A DNA stretch of 32,000 nt. Origin: Dubosiella newyorkensis (GTDB taxonomy: Bacteria > Bacillota_I > Bacilli_A > Erysipelotrichales > Erysipelotrichaceae). Under the pieces are notes generated by a model that searched no databases, was not told where the DNA came from, and worked only from the letters and a program-made list of their open reading frames with translations. Below, piece after piece: positions 6,493-14,875 of the stretch. The translations under genes and the position numbers were made by a program. The stretch's first letter is position 1, and the number at the start of each line of letters is the position of its first letter. The stretch is taken from positions 152,396-184,395 of the forward strand of contig NZ_MPKA01000044.1 in NCBI RefSeq assembly GCF_001945605.1, written 5' to 3'.

Positions 6493-7563
6493 ATGAAGAA
6501 TGCTATGAATCAAAGAAAATTAGAGATTACTATGTTCTCGAGTGCAGACAAGGTTGCTGGACAAGGCGTAGGGTCGGCCTATTTGGAACAAGTCAATCTA
6601 TTGAAATCGCAAGCAAGCGAGCTATTCGATATTAAGATAAATGACTGGTTCGCGAAAGCGGATATCAAGCATTTTCATACGATCGATCCTGCGTTTCTCG
6701 TTCCTATGCTCGATAAAAAAGCAGTAAAGGTGGCGTATTGTCACTTTTTACCGGATACAGTTATCGATGGAAGTTTGAAGATCCCTTCTGCTTTTCAACC
6801 TTTAACTTCTCACTATATCATTCATTTTTATAATATGGCGGATCATTTAGTCGTTGTAAATCCAAGCTTTATACCCGACTTAGTCCGTTATGGGATCCCT
6901 CGCGAAAAGATAACGTATATTCCAAATTATGTTTCAAAAGAAAAATTCCACTCTTTAGGACAAGCCAAGAAGGAAGAAACACGCCAAAAATATAATATTC
7001 CAGAAGACGCGTTCATCGCTTTAGGCGTTGGACAAGTTCAGACCCGGAAGGGAGTGCTTGATTTTTGCGAAGTCGCTCAGCTTTGTCCTGAAATCACATT
7101 CGTATGGGCGGGCGGTTTTTCATTTGGCGCCATGACAGACGGCTATGAAGAACTAAAAGCGCTTATGGAAAATCCACCCGCAAATGTGCGGTTTATTGGA
7201 ATCATCGATCGAAGCGAAATGGTTTCCATTTATAATATGGCTGATGTTCTTTTTGTGCCAAGCTATAATGAACTATTTCCTATGACGATCTTGGAAGCAA
7301 GCAATCTTGGAATTCCGCTGTTGCTTCGAGACCTGGATCTTTACCGAGATATCTTATTTGGCCATTATCTTATGGCCCAAAACAACGAGCAGTTTGCCAA
7401 AGATCTCATGGTCTTAAAAAAAGATCCGGCACTCTATCAAAAATATCAAAAAGAAAGCGAAGCGATCAGCGCCTATTACTCGAAAGAACACGTGGTCGAA
7501 ATGTGGAAATCGTTTTATTTGGATGTTTATCATCAAAAACAAAGAGAGCTAGGAAACGAATAG
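6493..7563 (+). CDS. GT4-family glycosyltransferase, CpoA/alDGS-like (probable diglycosyl-diacylglycerol synthase)
   Basis: 'ITMFSSADKVAGQGVGSAYLEQVNLLK' is the N-terminal signature I associate with Acholeplasma alDGS and pneumococcal CpoA-type glycolipid GTs. A C-terminal GT-B nucleotide-sugar domain is present. Start uncertain (6493 or 6505). Confidence 0.75.
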   Translation: MKNAMNQRKLEITMFSSADKVAGQGVGSAYLEQVNLLKSQASELFDIKINDWFAKADIKHFHTIDPAFLVPMLDKKAVKVAYCHFLPDTVIDGSLKIPSAFQPLTSHYIIHFYNMADHLVVVNPSFIPDLVRYGIPREKITYIPNYVSKEKFHSLGQAKKEETRQKYNIPEDAFIALGVGQVQTRKGVLDFCEVAQLCPEITFVWAGGFSFGAMTDGYEELKALMENPPANVRFIGIIDRSEMVSIYNMADVLFVPSYNELFPMTILEASNLGIPLLLRDLDLYRDILFGHYLMAQNNEQFAKDLMVLKKDPALYQKYQKESEAISAYYSKEHVVEMWKSFYLDVYHQKQRELGNE

Positions 7564-7576
7564 AAAGATTTGGGAA

Positions 7577-8620
7577 ATGAAAAAGACAAACTATTTTTGG
7601 AATTTTGTCCTAATTGCGCTCATTACGGTTGTCGCGTTATGGTTTGCCCTCAAAGATAATTATCATGAAGTGATCAATGCGATCTCAAAATTGAATGGTT
7701 TTGCCCTCGCTCTCATATTAGCGTGGGGCATCGTCTATACGTGTGTATGGGGTATTGTATACCGCGTCCTTGGAAAAAAGTTCGTAAAAAATTATTCATT
7801 GTTAGATGGGATCATCGTCGCCTTTACCGGTACCTTCTTTTCAGGCATCACGCCTTCGGCGACAGGCGGACAATTTGGACAAGCCTATGTTTTGAAAAAA
7901 CAAGGAATCAGCTATGCCGACGGAGCTTCTCTGTTATGGGCTGATTTTATTATTTATCAAACAACAATGATGTTGTATGTAACTCTTTTATTTTTAAGTA
8001 AATTTTCCACCTATTCAGGCCATTCTGTTTGGTTTACACTTGTCTGGGCGGGATATGCGGTCAATGTCGTCGTTATTTTAGGCTTATATACGATGGCGAT
8101 TTTTCCAAATGTATATATCCGACTCTCTCAATGGGCGGTAAAGATCCTTTCAAAGATCAAAGTCGTCAAAGATCCAGAAAAGACGCTCGAATCTTGGACG
8201 ATGCAGATGACATCCTTTACCGGAGAAATCAAAAAACTATCAAAAGATAAATTGATCATTTTAAAATGTATGCTGATCAATTTTGTCCGCTTGACTTTGC
8301 TGTATGCTTTGCCTTATGTGATCGCCGTGCTTTTAGGGATCCATTTGCCTTTGAGCAAACTCCTCGACGTGATCGCGCTTAGCTCCTTTGTGACGATGGC
8401 CAATAGCTTTATCCCTATTCCTGGAGCGAGCGGAGGAACGGAAATGATGTTTTCGATCGTCTTTTCTCCATTGTTTCACTCTCTAACAAGCGCCGTCTTG
8501 ATTTTATGGAGAGTTTCCACGTATCATATTATATTGGTGCTAGGAGGGATCATCTTCATGGTTGCCAAAGCGTACTACGAAAGAAGAAAAGACGCTCCTC
8601 ATCCAGAAAGCGAGGCATAA
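7577..8620 (+). CDS. Flippase-like / lysyl-phosphatidylglycerol-synthase TM-domain family membrane protein (UPF0104)
   Basis: 347-aa polytopic protein. The N-terminus 'MKKTNYFWNFVLIALITVVALWFALKDNYHEVINAISKLN', the 'TPSATGGQFGQ' motif and the 'PGASGGTE' motif are typical of the TIGR00374/LPG_synthase_TM family. Confidence 0.75.
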   Translation: MKKTNYFWNFVLIALITVVALWFALKDNYHEVINAISKLNGFALALILAWGIVYTCVWGIVYRVLGKKFVKNYSLLDGIIVAFTGTFFSGITPSATGGQFGQAYVLKKQGISYADGASLLWADFIIYQTTMMLYVTLLFLSKFSTYSGHSVWFTLVWAGYAVNVVVILGLYTMAIFPNVYIRLSQWAVKILSKIKVVKDPEKTLESWTMQMTSFTGEIKKLSKDKLIILKCMLINFVRLTLLYALPYVIAVLLGIHLPLSKLLDVIALSSFVTMANSFIPIPGASGGTEMMFSIVFSPLFHSLTSAVLILWRVSTYHIILVLGGIIFMVAKAYYERRKDAPHPESEA

Positions 8621-8623
8621 TAC

Positions 8624-10597
8624 ATGAATGTAGGTATTTTTACAGATTCCTATTTACCCGATATCAATGGTGTGGTCACCAGCATCGTGACGCTCAAAAA
8701 GGCGCTCGAGCAACTCGGTCACACCGTCTTTATTGTGTCCAATCATATCGGTACTCGAATTCTTTATGATCCAGAAGAAAGGATCTTACGCCTGCCTGGT
8801 GTCGAACTTAAACATTTATATGGGTATACGATGTCGAGCCCCCTAAATTTCGCAAGAGAATATCTTGAAGAAATGGATCTAGACATTATTCATACCCAAC
8901 ACGAATTTGGCGTATCGCTCTATGGAAGAATGATGGGCAAAGAACTCAATATTCCTGTTGTCTACACCTATCATACAATGTATGAAGATTATACCCACTA
9001 CATCAATCCATTCGACTTGAATCATATCGAAAAAGCCGGAAAATGGGTCGTCAAAAGCGCGTCCAGAAAGCTAGGCAATACAGTCCAGGCCGTGATCGCT
9101 CCTTCCGAAAAAACCAAAGAAACTTTATATGAATACGGCGTCCGTGCTCCAATCTATGTTGTTCCTACCGGACTGGACCTGGATCGTTTCAAACTTGAAA
9201 ACCTCGAACTAGAAAAGATCCAAAACATCCGTGAACAGCTCGGATTTCACGAAGACACAAAAACACTCGTCTTTGTAGGACGGATCGCCAAAGAAAAATC
9301 AATCGAAATACCGATCGAAGCGCTCTCCCTCCTGAACGATCAAGACATCCATTTGATCATTGTTGGAGCAGGAACCGATGAAGAGTATTATCAAGAGCTT
9401 ACTTGGAAAAAAGAGCTGGATCACCGCGTTCACTTTATCGGTAAGATCCCATCCGAACAAATTCCGTATTATTACGCCGCATTTGATGGATTCGTTTCTG
9501 CTTCTTTGACAGAAACACAAGGCTTGACTTATATTGAAGCGCTCGCGAGCGGATTGAATATATTTGGTCGCCGCGACGAAGTGCTCTACGATTTGATCGA
9601 TGAAGGAAATACAGGCTATTATTTTGACGATGCGCAAGAACTCAGTCAAAAAATCGAACACTTTTTTTCTTTGTCGCGCGAAGAACGACAAAAAAAAGCC
9701 GACCTATGTAGAGAAAAGACCATTCCTTACGCGAAAGAGCTTTTTGGACAAAAAGTCATCGCCGTCTATGAACAAGTGATCGATGATTATCGTTTGACGT
9801 TTACCGTAGAAAAGATCCGGATCCAAGATGACTTTGTGAAACTCTATTTAGAGCGCGAAAGCGATGAAGACACGATCAAGATCTTGATCCCGTTGGATGA
9901 TTTTTTTGAATTGAAGATCGGACTGCATACGAAAGTCGATGCCTATCTTGTGTCTGGTTATTTAACGATGCAAGAATATTATCAAGCGTATTCGATACTC
10001 AAACGACGAGTCTTCACGAAAGAACAGTCCGTATTTGAATTGAAACAATATGCCCATCATCATTTTGAATTGGATGAAGCCAAACTCAATCAGCTTATCC
10101 AAGAATTCCAAGAAAAAAACTGGCTCAACGATCAAAAATATGCCTATGAAAAAGCAGAATATTGGCATGATATGGGCAACTCAAGACGAAATATCGCAGC
10201 CAAGCTTTCAAAAGCCGGGATCGCACGCGATTTGATTGACGAAGTTCTTCAAAATCTAAATACAAAAAAAGAGCTCGCGAACGCCCAAGCGCTCGCTCAG
10301 CGCTTGATCCAGACGGTAAAATTGCAGTCATCGAACATGAAACGGAAAAATATCATCCATAAATTGATCCAAAAAGGATACTCAAGCGATATCGCCCAAG
10401 AAGTTGGAGAAGCTCTAGAACTCGATGACAACGATGAAGAAGCGCTTCAGCTAACCTTTAAAAAGGCTGTGCGCCTCTATTCTTCCTTGCCAGAAGAAAA
10501 ACGGCGCCAAAAAATTCGTCAATATTGCTTGCGGAACGGTTTTTCAGGACAAGAAATCGATGAAAAATTAGAAATGAGTGAAGAATTTAATGATTAA
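8624..10597 (+). CDS. Fusion protein: alMGS-like GT4 glycosyltransferase (aa 1 to about 389) joined directly to a full-length Bacillus-type RecX domain (aa about 390-657)
   Basis: The N-terminus 'MNVGIFTDSYLPDINGVVTSIVTLKKALEQLGHTVFIVS' and the E-x7-E motif 'ETQGLTYIEA' indicate a monoglucosyl-DAG-synthase-type GT4. The C-terminal part 'VEKIRIQDDFVKLYLE...WLNDQKYAYEKA...NIAAKLSKAGIARDLIDEVL...LIQKGYSSDIAQEV...KIRQYCLRNGFSGQEIDEKL' parallels B. subtilis RecX along its whole length. It is a single uninterrupted frame. Confidence 0.8.
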   Translation: MNVGIFTDSYLPDINGVVTSIVTLKKALEQLGHTVFIVSNHIGTRILYDPEERILRLPGVELKHLYGYTMSSPLNFAREYLEEMDLDIIHTQHEFGVSLYGRMMGKELNIPVVYTYHTMYEDYTHYINPFDLNHIEKAGKWVVKSASRKLGNTVQAVIAPSEKTKETLYEYGVRAPIYVVPTGLDLDRFKLENLELEKIQNIREQLGFHEDTKTLVFVGRIAKEKSIEIPIEALSLLNDQDIHLIIVGAGTDEEYYQELTWKKELDHRVHFIGKIPSEQIPYYYAAFDGFVSASLTETQGLTYIEALASGLNIFGRRDEVLYDLIDEGNTGYYFDDAQELSQKIEHFFSLSREERQKKADLCREKTIPYAKELFGQKVIAVYEQVIDDYRLTFTVEKIRIQDDFVKLYLERESDEDTIKILIPLDDFFELKIGLHTKVDAYLVSGYLTMQEYYQAYSILKRRVFTKEQSVFELKQYAHHHFELDEAKLNQLIQEFQEKNWLNDQKYAYEKAEYWHDMGNSRRNIAAKLSKAGIARDLIDEVLQNLNTKKELANAQALAQRLIQTVKLQSSNMKRKNIIHKLIQKGYSSDIAQEVGEALELDDNDEEALQLTFKKAVRLYSSLPEEKRRQKIRQYCLRNGFSGQEIDEKLEMSEEFND

Positions 10598-11525
10598 AGA
10601 TATTCATGAAGAAGGAAAGATCCATATCAAAGCGCTGATCACAAAATGCGATCGCGGACGGACCGCCAAAAACACCCCCTACCTTTCGCTGATCTTAGAA
10701 GATAAGTCTGGTATCCTCGATGCCAAATTTTGGAATTTGACCGAAGAACAAATTGGCCAATATCGCGTCGGGATGGTCGTGGAAGCCTATGGAGAAATCC
10801 TTTTTCATAAAAACGCGACGCAGCTGCGCGTCAGAAAATTGATCGTAGACGAAGAAGCCAACCTTCTCGATTACGTGCGCGAAGCGCCGATGGAAAAAGA
10901 AGCGATGGAACAAGAGATCGACACGATCATCGCCAATATGAAAGATTCAGTGATCCAGGAAGTCGTAAAAAAAGTATTAGAAAGCGTCAAGGAACGCTTT
11001 TACCTCTATCCTGCTGCGACTCGAAATCATCACAATTTCGTAGGCGGACTCGCTTACCATACGATTTGCATGGCAAGAATGGCAAAACCTGTCGTAGAAC
11101 AATATCCATTTTTAGATGAAGATCTCGTTCTCGCAGGAATCCTGCTCCACGATGTTGGAAAAGTCGATGAATTATCGGCCCCGATGTTGCCAGAATATAC
11201 GAATGTAGGCAATCTGCTCGGTCATATTTCCATTATGTCGAATCGAATCGATCGGATCGCCACTTCCTTAGGCTATGAAGACGATGAGCGAGTGATCTTG
11301 TTGAAGCACTTAGTGCTTTCCCATCATGGAAAGCTCGAATATGGATCTCCTGTATTGCCAATGATCCCGGAAGCGGAAGTATTGACGATCCTCGACAATC
11401 TCGATTCAAGAATGTATATGATGAAACAAAGCATCGACGCAAGCCAGCCAGGCACTTTTGGACCTCGCATTTACGCGCTTGACAATCGGATGATCTACCA
11501 TAGAAAGAAGGAGGAACAAGAATGA
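10590..11525 (+). CDS. yhaM: 3'-5' exoribonuclease YhaM (OB-fold plus HD domain)
   Basis: 'MIKDIHEEGK..ALITKCDRGRTAKNTPYLSLILEDKSGILDAKFWN' (OB fold) and 'LLHDVGK', 'LSHHGKLEYGSP' (HD domain). ATG 10590 overlaps the upstream stop. GTG 10578 is an alternative start. Confidence 0.85.
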   Translation: MIKDIHEEGKIHIKALITKCDRGRTAKNTPYLSLILEDKSGILDAKFWNLTEEQIGQYRVGMVVEAYGEILFHKNATQLRVRKLIVDEEANLLDYVREAPMEKEAMEQEIDTIIANMKDSVIQEVVKKVLESVKERFYLYPAATRNHHNFVGGLAYHTICMARMAKPVVEQYPFLDEDLVLAGILLHDVGKVDELSAPMLPEYTNVGNLLGHISIMSNRIDRIATSLGYEDDERVILLKHLVLSHHGKLEYGSPVLPMIPEAEVLTILDNLDSRMYMMKQSIDASQPGTFGPRIYALDNRMIYHRKKEEQE

Positions 11526-12814
11526 AGATCGGATTCGTTTCTTTAGGGTGTTGTAAAAATTTAGTGGATTCCGAAAACATCATGGGAGTCCTTCAAGAAA
11601 ATGGGCACCAAATCGTTGGCGATCCCAAACAAGCAGACGCGATCGTCGTCAATACGTGCGGATTTATCGAGTCCGCAAAAGAAGAAAGCATCCAGACGAT
11701 CTTTAAAATGAGTCAATACACCGACAAGCTGATCGTTACGGGCTGTCTAGCTCAACGGTATGAACAAGAGCTCAAAGAACAGATCCCGGAAATCAAAGCG
11801 GTCATTCCGATCAAGGATTATGGAAATCTAGCCGCCCGCTTGCAAGAGGTGCTCCACGATGAAGGAAAGGGCGCTTTTTTGAAAAGCGAAAGACCTCTAT
11901 CCGGAAATCCATGGAGCGGTTATGTAAAGATCAGCGATGGCTGCTCGAACCACTGTACTTATTGCGCCATCCCATTGATCCGGGGCGATCAAGTCAGCAA
12001 ACCAATCGAAGATGTGGTCGAGGAAGTCGAGCATCTTTCCAAACTTGGGGTAAAGGAAGTGACTTTGATCGCGCAAGACACGACAAAATACGGACTTGAC
12101 CTCTATGGAAAACTCATGCTTCCAGAGCTTTTAAAAAAAGTGGACGCGATCGAAGGGATCCACTGGATCCGGATCCTTTACATGTATCCAGATGAGATCG
12201 AGCCAGCCGTATTGGATGTGATGGAGAACTCGAACAAGATCTTGCCTTACTTTGATATACCGATGCAGCACGCCAATAACGCTCTGTTAAAAAAGATGAA
12301 TCGAAGAGGAACGAAGGAAGACGTGATCGATCTTGTCAAAGAGATCCGCTCCCGCTTTCCGGAAGCGACGCTTCGAACGACGGCGATCGTTGGATTTCCC
12401 CAAGAAAGCGATGCCGACTTTGAAGAGCTCATCGATTTTATTCAAGAGATCAAATGGGATCGATTTGGCGCTTTCACCTATTCAAAAGAAGAAGACACGC
12501 CAGCCTACTCTCTAGAAGGCGAGATCGAGCCAGAAGTTGCGAAAGCTCGATTGGATCGTTTGATGGCTGTCCAAAAGGAAATTTCTTTGAAAAAAAACAA
12601 AGCCAAGATCGGAAAGCGGATCGAAGTTCTTGTCGAAGAAAAAGAAGCGCTGAAGAAACAGTATCGCGGACGCTCGAAAGCGGACGCACCCGATGAAGTC
12701 GATGGACAAGTGATCTTCACGAGTCCAAAAGAAATTGCGCTCGGAGAATTCGTCACAGTTTTGATTACGGACGCAGCGGCGTATGATTTATTTGGAGAAC
12801 AAGTCATAGAATAA
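11522..12814 (+). CDS. rimO: Ribosomal protein S12 methylthiotransferase RimO
   Basis: 'MKIGFVSLGCCKNLVDSE' (MTTase N-domain), radical-SAM 'CSNHCTYCAIP', and a C-terminal TRAM-like region. AGGAGG RBS. 4-nt overlap with yhaM. Confidence 0.9.
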   Translation: MKIGFVSLGCCKNLVDSENIMGVLQENGHQIVGDPKQADAIVVNTCGFIESAKEESIQTIFKMSQYTDKLIVTGCLAQRYEQELKEQIPEIKAVIPIKDYGNLAARLQEVLHDEGKGAFLKSERPLSGNPWSGYVKISDGCSNHCTYCAIPLIRGDQVSKPIEDVVEEVEHLSKLGVKEVTLIAQDTTKYGLDLYGKLMLPELLKKVDAIEGIHWIRILYMYPDEIEPAVLDVMENSNKILPYFDIPMQHANNALLKKMNRRGTKEDVIDLVKEIRSRFPEATLRTTAIVGFPQESDADFEELIDFIQEIKWDRFGAFTYSKEEDTPAYSLEGEIEPEVAKARLDRLMAVQKEISLKKNKAKIGKRIEVLVEEKEALKKQYRGRSKADAPDEVDGQVIFTSPKEIALGEFVTVLITDAAAYDLFGEQVIE

Positions 12815-12836
12815 ATAGAATAGGAGTCAATAGAAT

Positions 12837-13088
12837 ATGGTAAAAGAAGAATTGATGGCGCGATTAAGCGCTGGGGTTGGCGCAAGCGAAGAAGGCGCCA
12901 AGATCTTAAAAGATGTTGAAAAGGATGGGTCTCTCGTTTCTAAGGAAGACTTTGAAACACAGTTGAAGAGCCTTGAAGAACTCAGCAAAAAATATGCCGA
13001 ATATGGAGATGAAGATATGCTCGCCTTCACAAAGAAAAAGATCGAGATCTTTGAGCGCGCGATCAATATTTTAGAAGGAGAGGACTAG
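12837..13088 (+). CDS. Hypothetical small acidic protein
   Basis: 83-aa ORF with an AGGAG RBS 9 nt upstream, tightly packed between rimO and the next gene. No family recognised. Confidence 0.55.
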   Translation: MVKEELMARLSAGVGASEEGAKILKDVEKDGSLVSKEDFETQLKSLEELSKKYAEYGDEDMLAFTKKKIEIFERAINILEGED

Positions 13089-13090
13089 CT

Positions 13091-13591
13091 GTGTACGATC
13101 GTCCAGGATTGCAGTTGTACAAAGCCCTTCCTCCGCTCGTATTTGAAAATAGTCGGTATTTGTTTTTGGTGACGATGCCTAGTGTGAAAGCAGAAGAAGC
13201 GAAGTTGTATTTTGGCGATCCATCCAATCATTTTTGGGATGTGCTTTCCGCTATTTACGATCTTCCTGTAAACACCAAAGAAGAAAAACTCGCTTTATGC
13301 CAACAAGAAAAGATCGCGATCACTTCAATCGTTGCTTCTTGTTTGAGGCATATGTCCGAAGCCGATACGATGGAAGAGATCCAACTTAATGATATCCAAG
13401 GCTTCTTAGAAGCCCATCCTACGATCGATACGATCATCTGCGTTTCCCATCGTGCCAAAGAGTTGCTGGAACGTTCCAATTATCAAGGTGGATGCGCGAT
13501 CGAATACGTTCCATCCCCTTCAGGTGCCGACTTGGATTATGAAAGTGTCGACAAACTTCTTCCGAAGTATAAAGAGGCGCTAGGAGTTTAA
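13091..13591 (+). CDS. Uracil-DNA glycosylase superfamily protein (DNA-deoxyinosine/hypoxanthine glycosylase-like, diverged)
   Basis: GTG start after GAAGGAGAGG. 'LFLVTMPSVKAEEAKLYFGDPSNHFWDVLSAIY' parallels the 'ILGSFPSxxS...YYxxPxNxFWxxL' signature of the TIGR04274-type UDG-like family. Confidence 0.55.
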   Translation: MYDRPGLQLYKALPPLVFENSRYLFLVTMPSVKAEEAKLYFGDPSNHFWDVLSAIYDLPVNTKEEKLALCQQEKIAITSIVASCLRHMSEADTMEEIQLNDIQGFLEAHPTIDTIICVSHRAKELLERSNYQGGCAIEYVPSPSGADLDYESVDKLLPKYKEALGV

Positions 13592-13593
13592 GT

Positions 13594-14091
13594 ATGAAAC
13601 TCTATTTTGCGAAAGTGAAGGTGGACGCTATCATTCCCTCCAAACGGGATGAAGATGCAGGCTACGACCTTTATCCTTGCTTTGAGGAAGGATTCATGCA
13701 GATCGAGCCAATGCATACCAAACTCGTTCCTCTTGGGATCGCGAGCGCCTTTGATTCAAATTATGTGATGCTCTTAAAGGAAAGAGGCTCGACAGGTTCG
13801 ATCGGGCTTGCTCAAAGAGCCGGAGTGATCGATAGCGGATATCGTGGCGAATATTTGGCGCCGATCACGAATTTAAATGAAAAGCCATTGCGGATCGTGA
13901 AAAAGGATGTTCTTTCTCAAATGGAGGAAGAAGAAAAAAAACAATTTGTTCTCTATCCTTATGAAAAGGCGATCGCGCAAGGGATTTTATTGGAGATCCC
14001 GAAAGTCGAAAAAGAAGAGATCCCCTATGAGCAGCTGAAACAGATCGCTTCTTTACGCCGAGAAGGACGGCTCGGCAGCTCTGGAAAATAA
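13594..14091 (+). CDS. dut: Trimeric-type dUTP diphosphatase with a central insertion
   Basis: Motifs 'DAGYDLY', 'GVIDSGYRGE', 'AIAQ' and the C-terminal 'GRLGSSGK'. The spacing between motif III and motif IV is 38 aa, against 18 aa in E. coli Dut as I recall it. Confidence 0.85.
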   Translation: MKLYFAKVKVDAIIPSKRDEDAGYDLYPCFEEGFMQIEPMHTKLVPLGIASAFDSNYVMLLKERGSTGSIGLAQRAGVIDSGYRGEYLAPITNLNEKPLRIVKKDVLSQMEEEEKKQFVLYPYEKAIAQGILLEIPKVEKEEIPYEQLKQIASLRREGRLGSSGK

Positions 14092-14102
14092 GAAGATCTA
14101 AA

Positions 14103-14129
14103 AAAGACCGGTTATATCGATCGGTCTTT
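14103..14129. terminator. Bidirectional hairpin between the convergent dut and GntR genes
   Basis: AAAGACCG (14103-14110) / CGGTCTTT (14122-14129), 11-nt loop, A-run on one side and T-run on the other. It overlaps the GntR stop codon. Confidence 0.5.
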
Positions 14130-14777
14130 TCGCATGGATATTAAAATGGAATGGATCTTTTTCAAGTGAGAAAGCATCATTTGCTCCGCTTCCTCTTCGT
14201 TCTGGTTTTGGATCGCTTCATTGATCTTTTGATGATCGAACCGAACTTGTTCACGAACGATTTCCGGTTCAAGTTTCATGACATGCGAGATCGAATAGGA
14301 AACGATCGGCAAGATCGAGCGAATCAAGGAATTGGGGGAGCATTCTATGATCTTTTGATGAAAGTAAAAATCACGATAATAGGCATCCGACTCGTGCTCT
14401 TGATCCGCTAGATCAAAGCCCTCTTGGATGCTTTCACGCATTGGCTGGGGCGATCTTGTGGCACAAGCCGCACAGGAAGGTTCGATCAAGCATCTCAACT
14501 CCATGGCTTCGATCAAACGGTCCAGTTGCGCGATGTGGTAGGCGGCCCTAAAGGTCGGATCTTGAAATTTAGAATGATCCGTTAAGAAAGTTCCTTTTCC
14601 ACGCCGGATCTCTAAAATACTTTCGTCGACTAAAAGACTGACGGCTTGGCGGATCGCTTTTCTAGATACTTGGAAGATGTCGGCAAGCTCGTATTCATTG
14701 GGAAGCTTGTCGCCTTCTTTCAGTTTATGATCAATGATATAGTGCATTAATTGATCGGAAACTTCATAACTTTTCAT
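14112..14777 (-). CDS. GntR-family transcriptional regulator, FadR subfamily (wHTH plus FCD domain)
   Basis: ORF track 14112..14825. Start placed at ATG 14777 (MKSYEVSDQL), preceded by AGGAG. 'LPNEYELADIFQVSRKAIRQAVSLLVDESILEIRRGKGTFL' is a classic GntR wHTH. Confidence 0.85.
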   Translation of the reverse strand: MKSYEVSDQLMHYIIDHKLKEGDKLPNEYELADIFQVSRKAIRQAVSLLVDESILEIRRGKGTFLTDHSKFQDPTFRAAYHIAQLDRLIEAMELRCLIEPSCAACATRSPQPMRESIQEGFDLADQEHESDAYYRDFYFHQKIIECSPNSLIRSILPIVSYSISHVMKLEPEIVREQVRFDHQKINEAIQNQNEEEAEQMMLSHLKKIHSILISMRKDRSI

Positions 14778-14801
14778 GACTCCTATTATATCAAAAATTT
14801 C

Positions 14802-14818
14802 GGGGGGGGGGGAGGGGG
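14802..14818. repeat. Homopolymeric tract G11-A-G5 (C5-T-C11 on the minus strand)
   Basis: Read directly: c ggggggggggg a ggggg t. It is intergenic, 25 nt upstream of the GntR ATG and downstream of the ade terminator. Confidence 0.95.
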
Positions 14819-14832
14819 TGAACAAAAAATTT

Positions 14833-14868
14833 CTAAAAAACCTAGATCCAAATCCATGGATCTAGGTT
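14833..14868 (-). terminator. Intrinsic terminator of the M20-ade operon
   Basis: 12-bp perfect stem AACCTAGATCCA (14839-14850) / TGGATCTAGGTT (14857-14868), 6-nt loop, followed on the minus strand by TTTTTT. Confidence 0.75.
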
Positions 14869-14875
14869 CAATACA

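Noticed and set aside
14778-14825. Longer GntR ORF starting at TTG 14825 (MFTPSPPPEIFDIIGV...). Similar long N-terminal extensions appear in the track at 21, 1921, 2843, 17764, 18911, 23935 and 27642.
   Set aside because: The internal ATGs have proper Shine-Dalgarno sequences and coincide with the conserved N-termini of the respective families. The extensions lack an RBS, and at 17764 the extension would overlap the divergent thrE-like gene.
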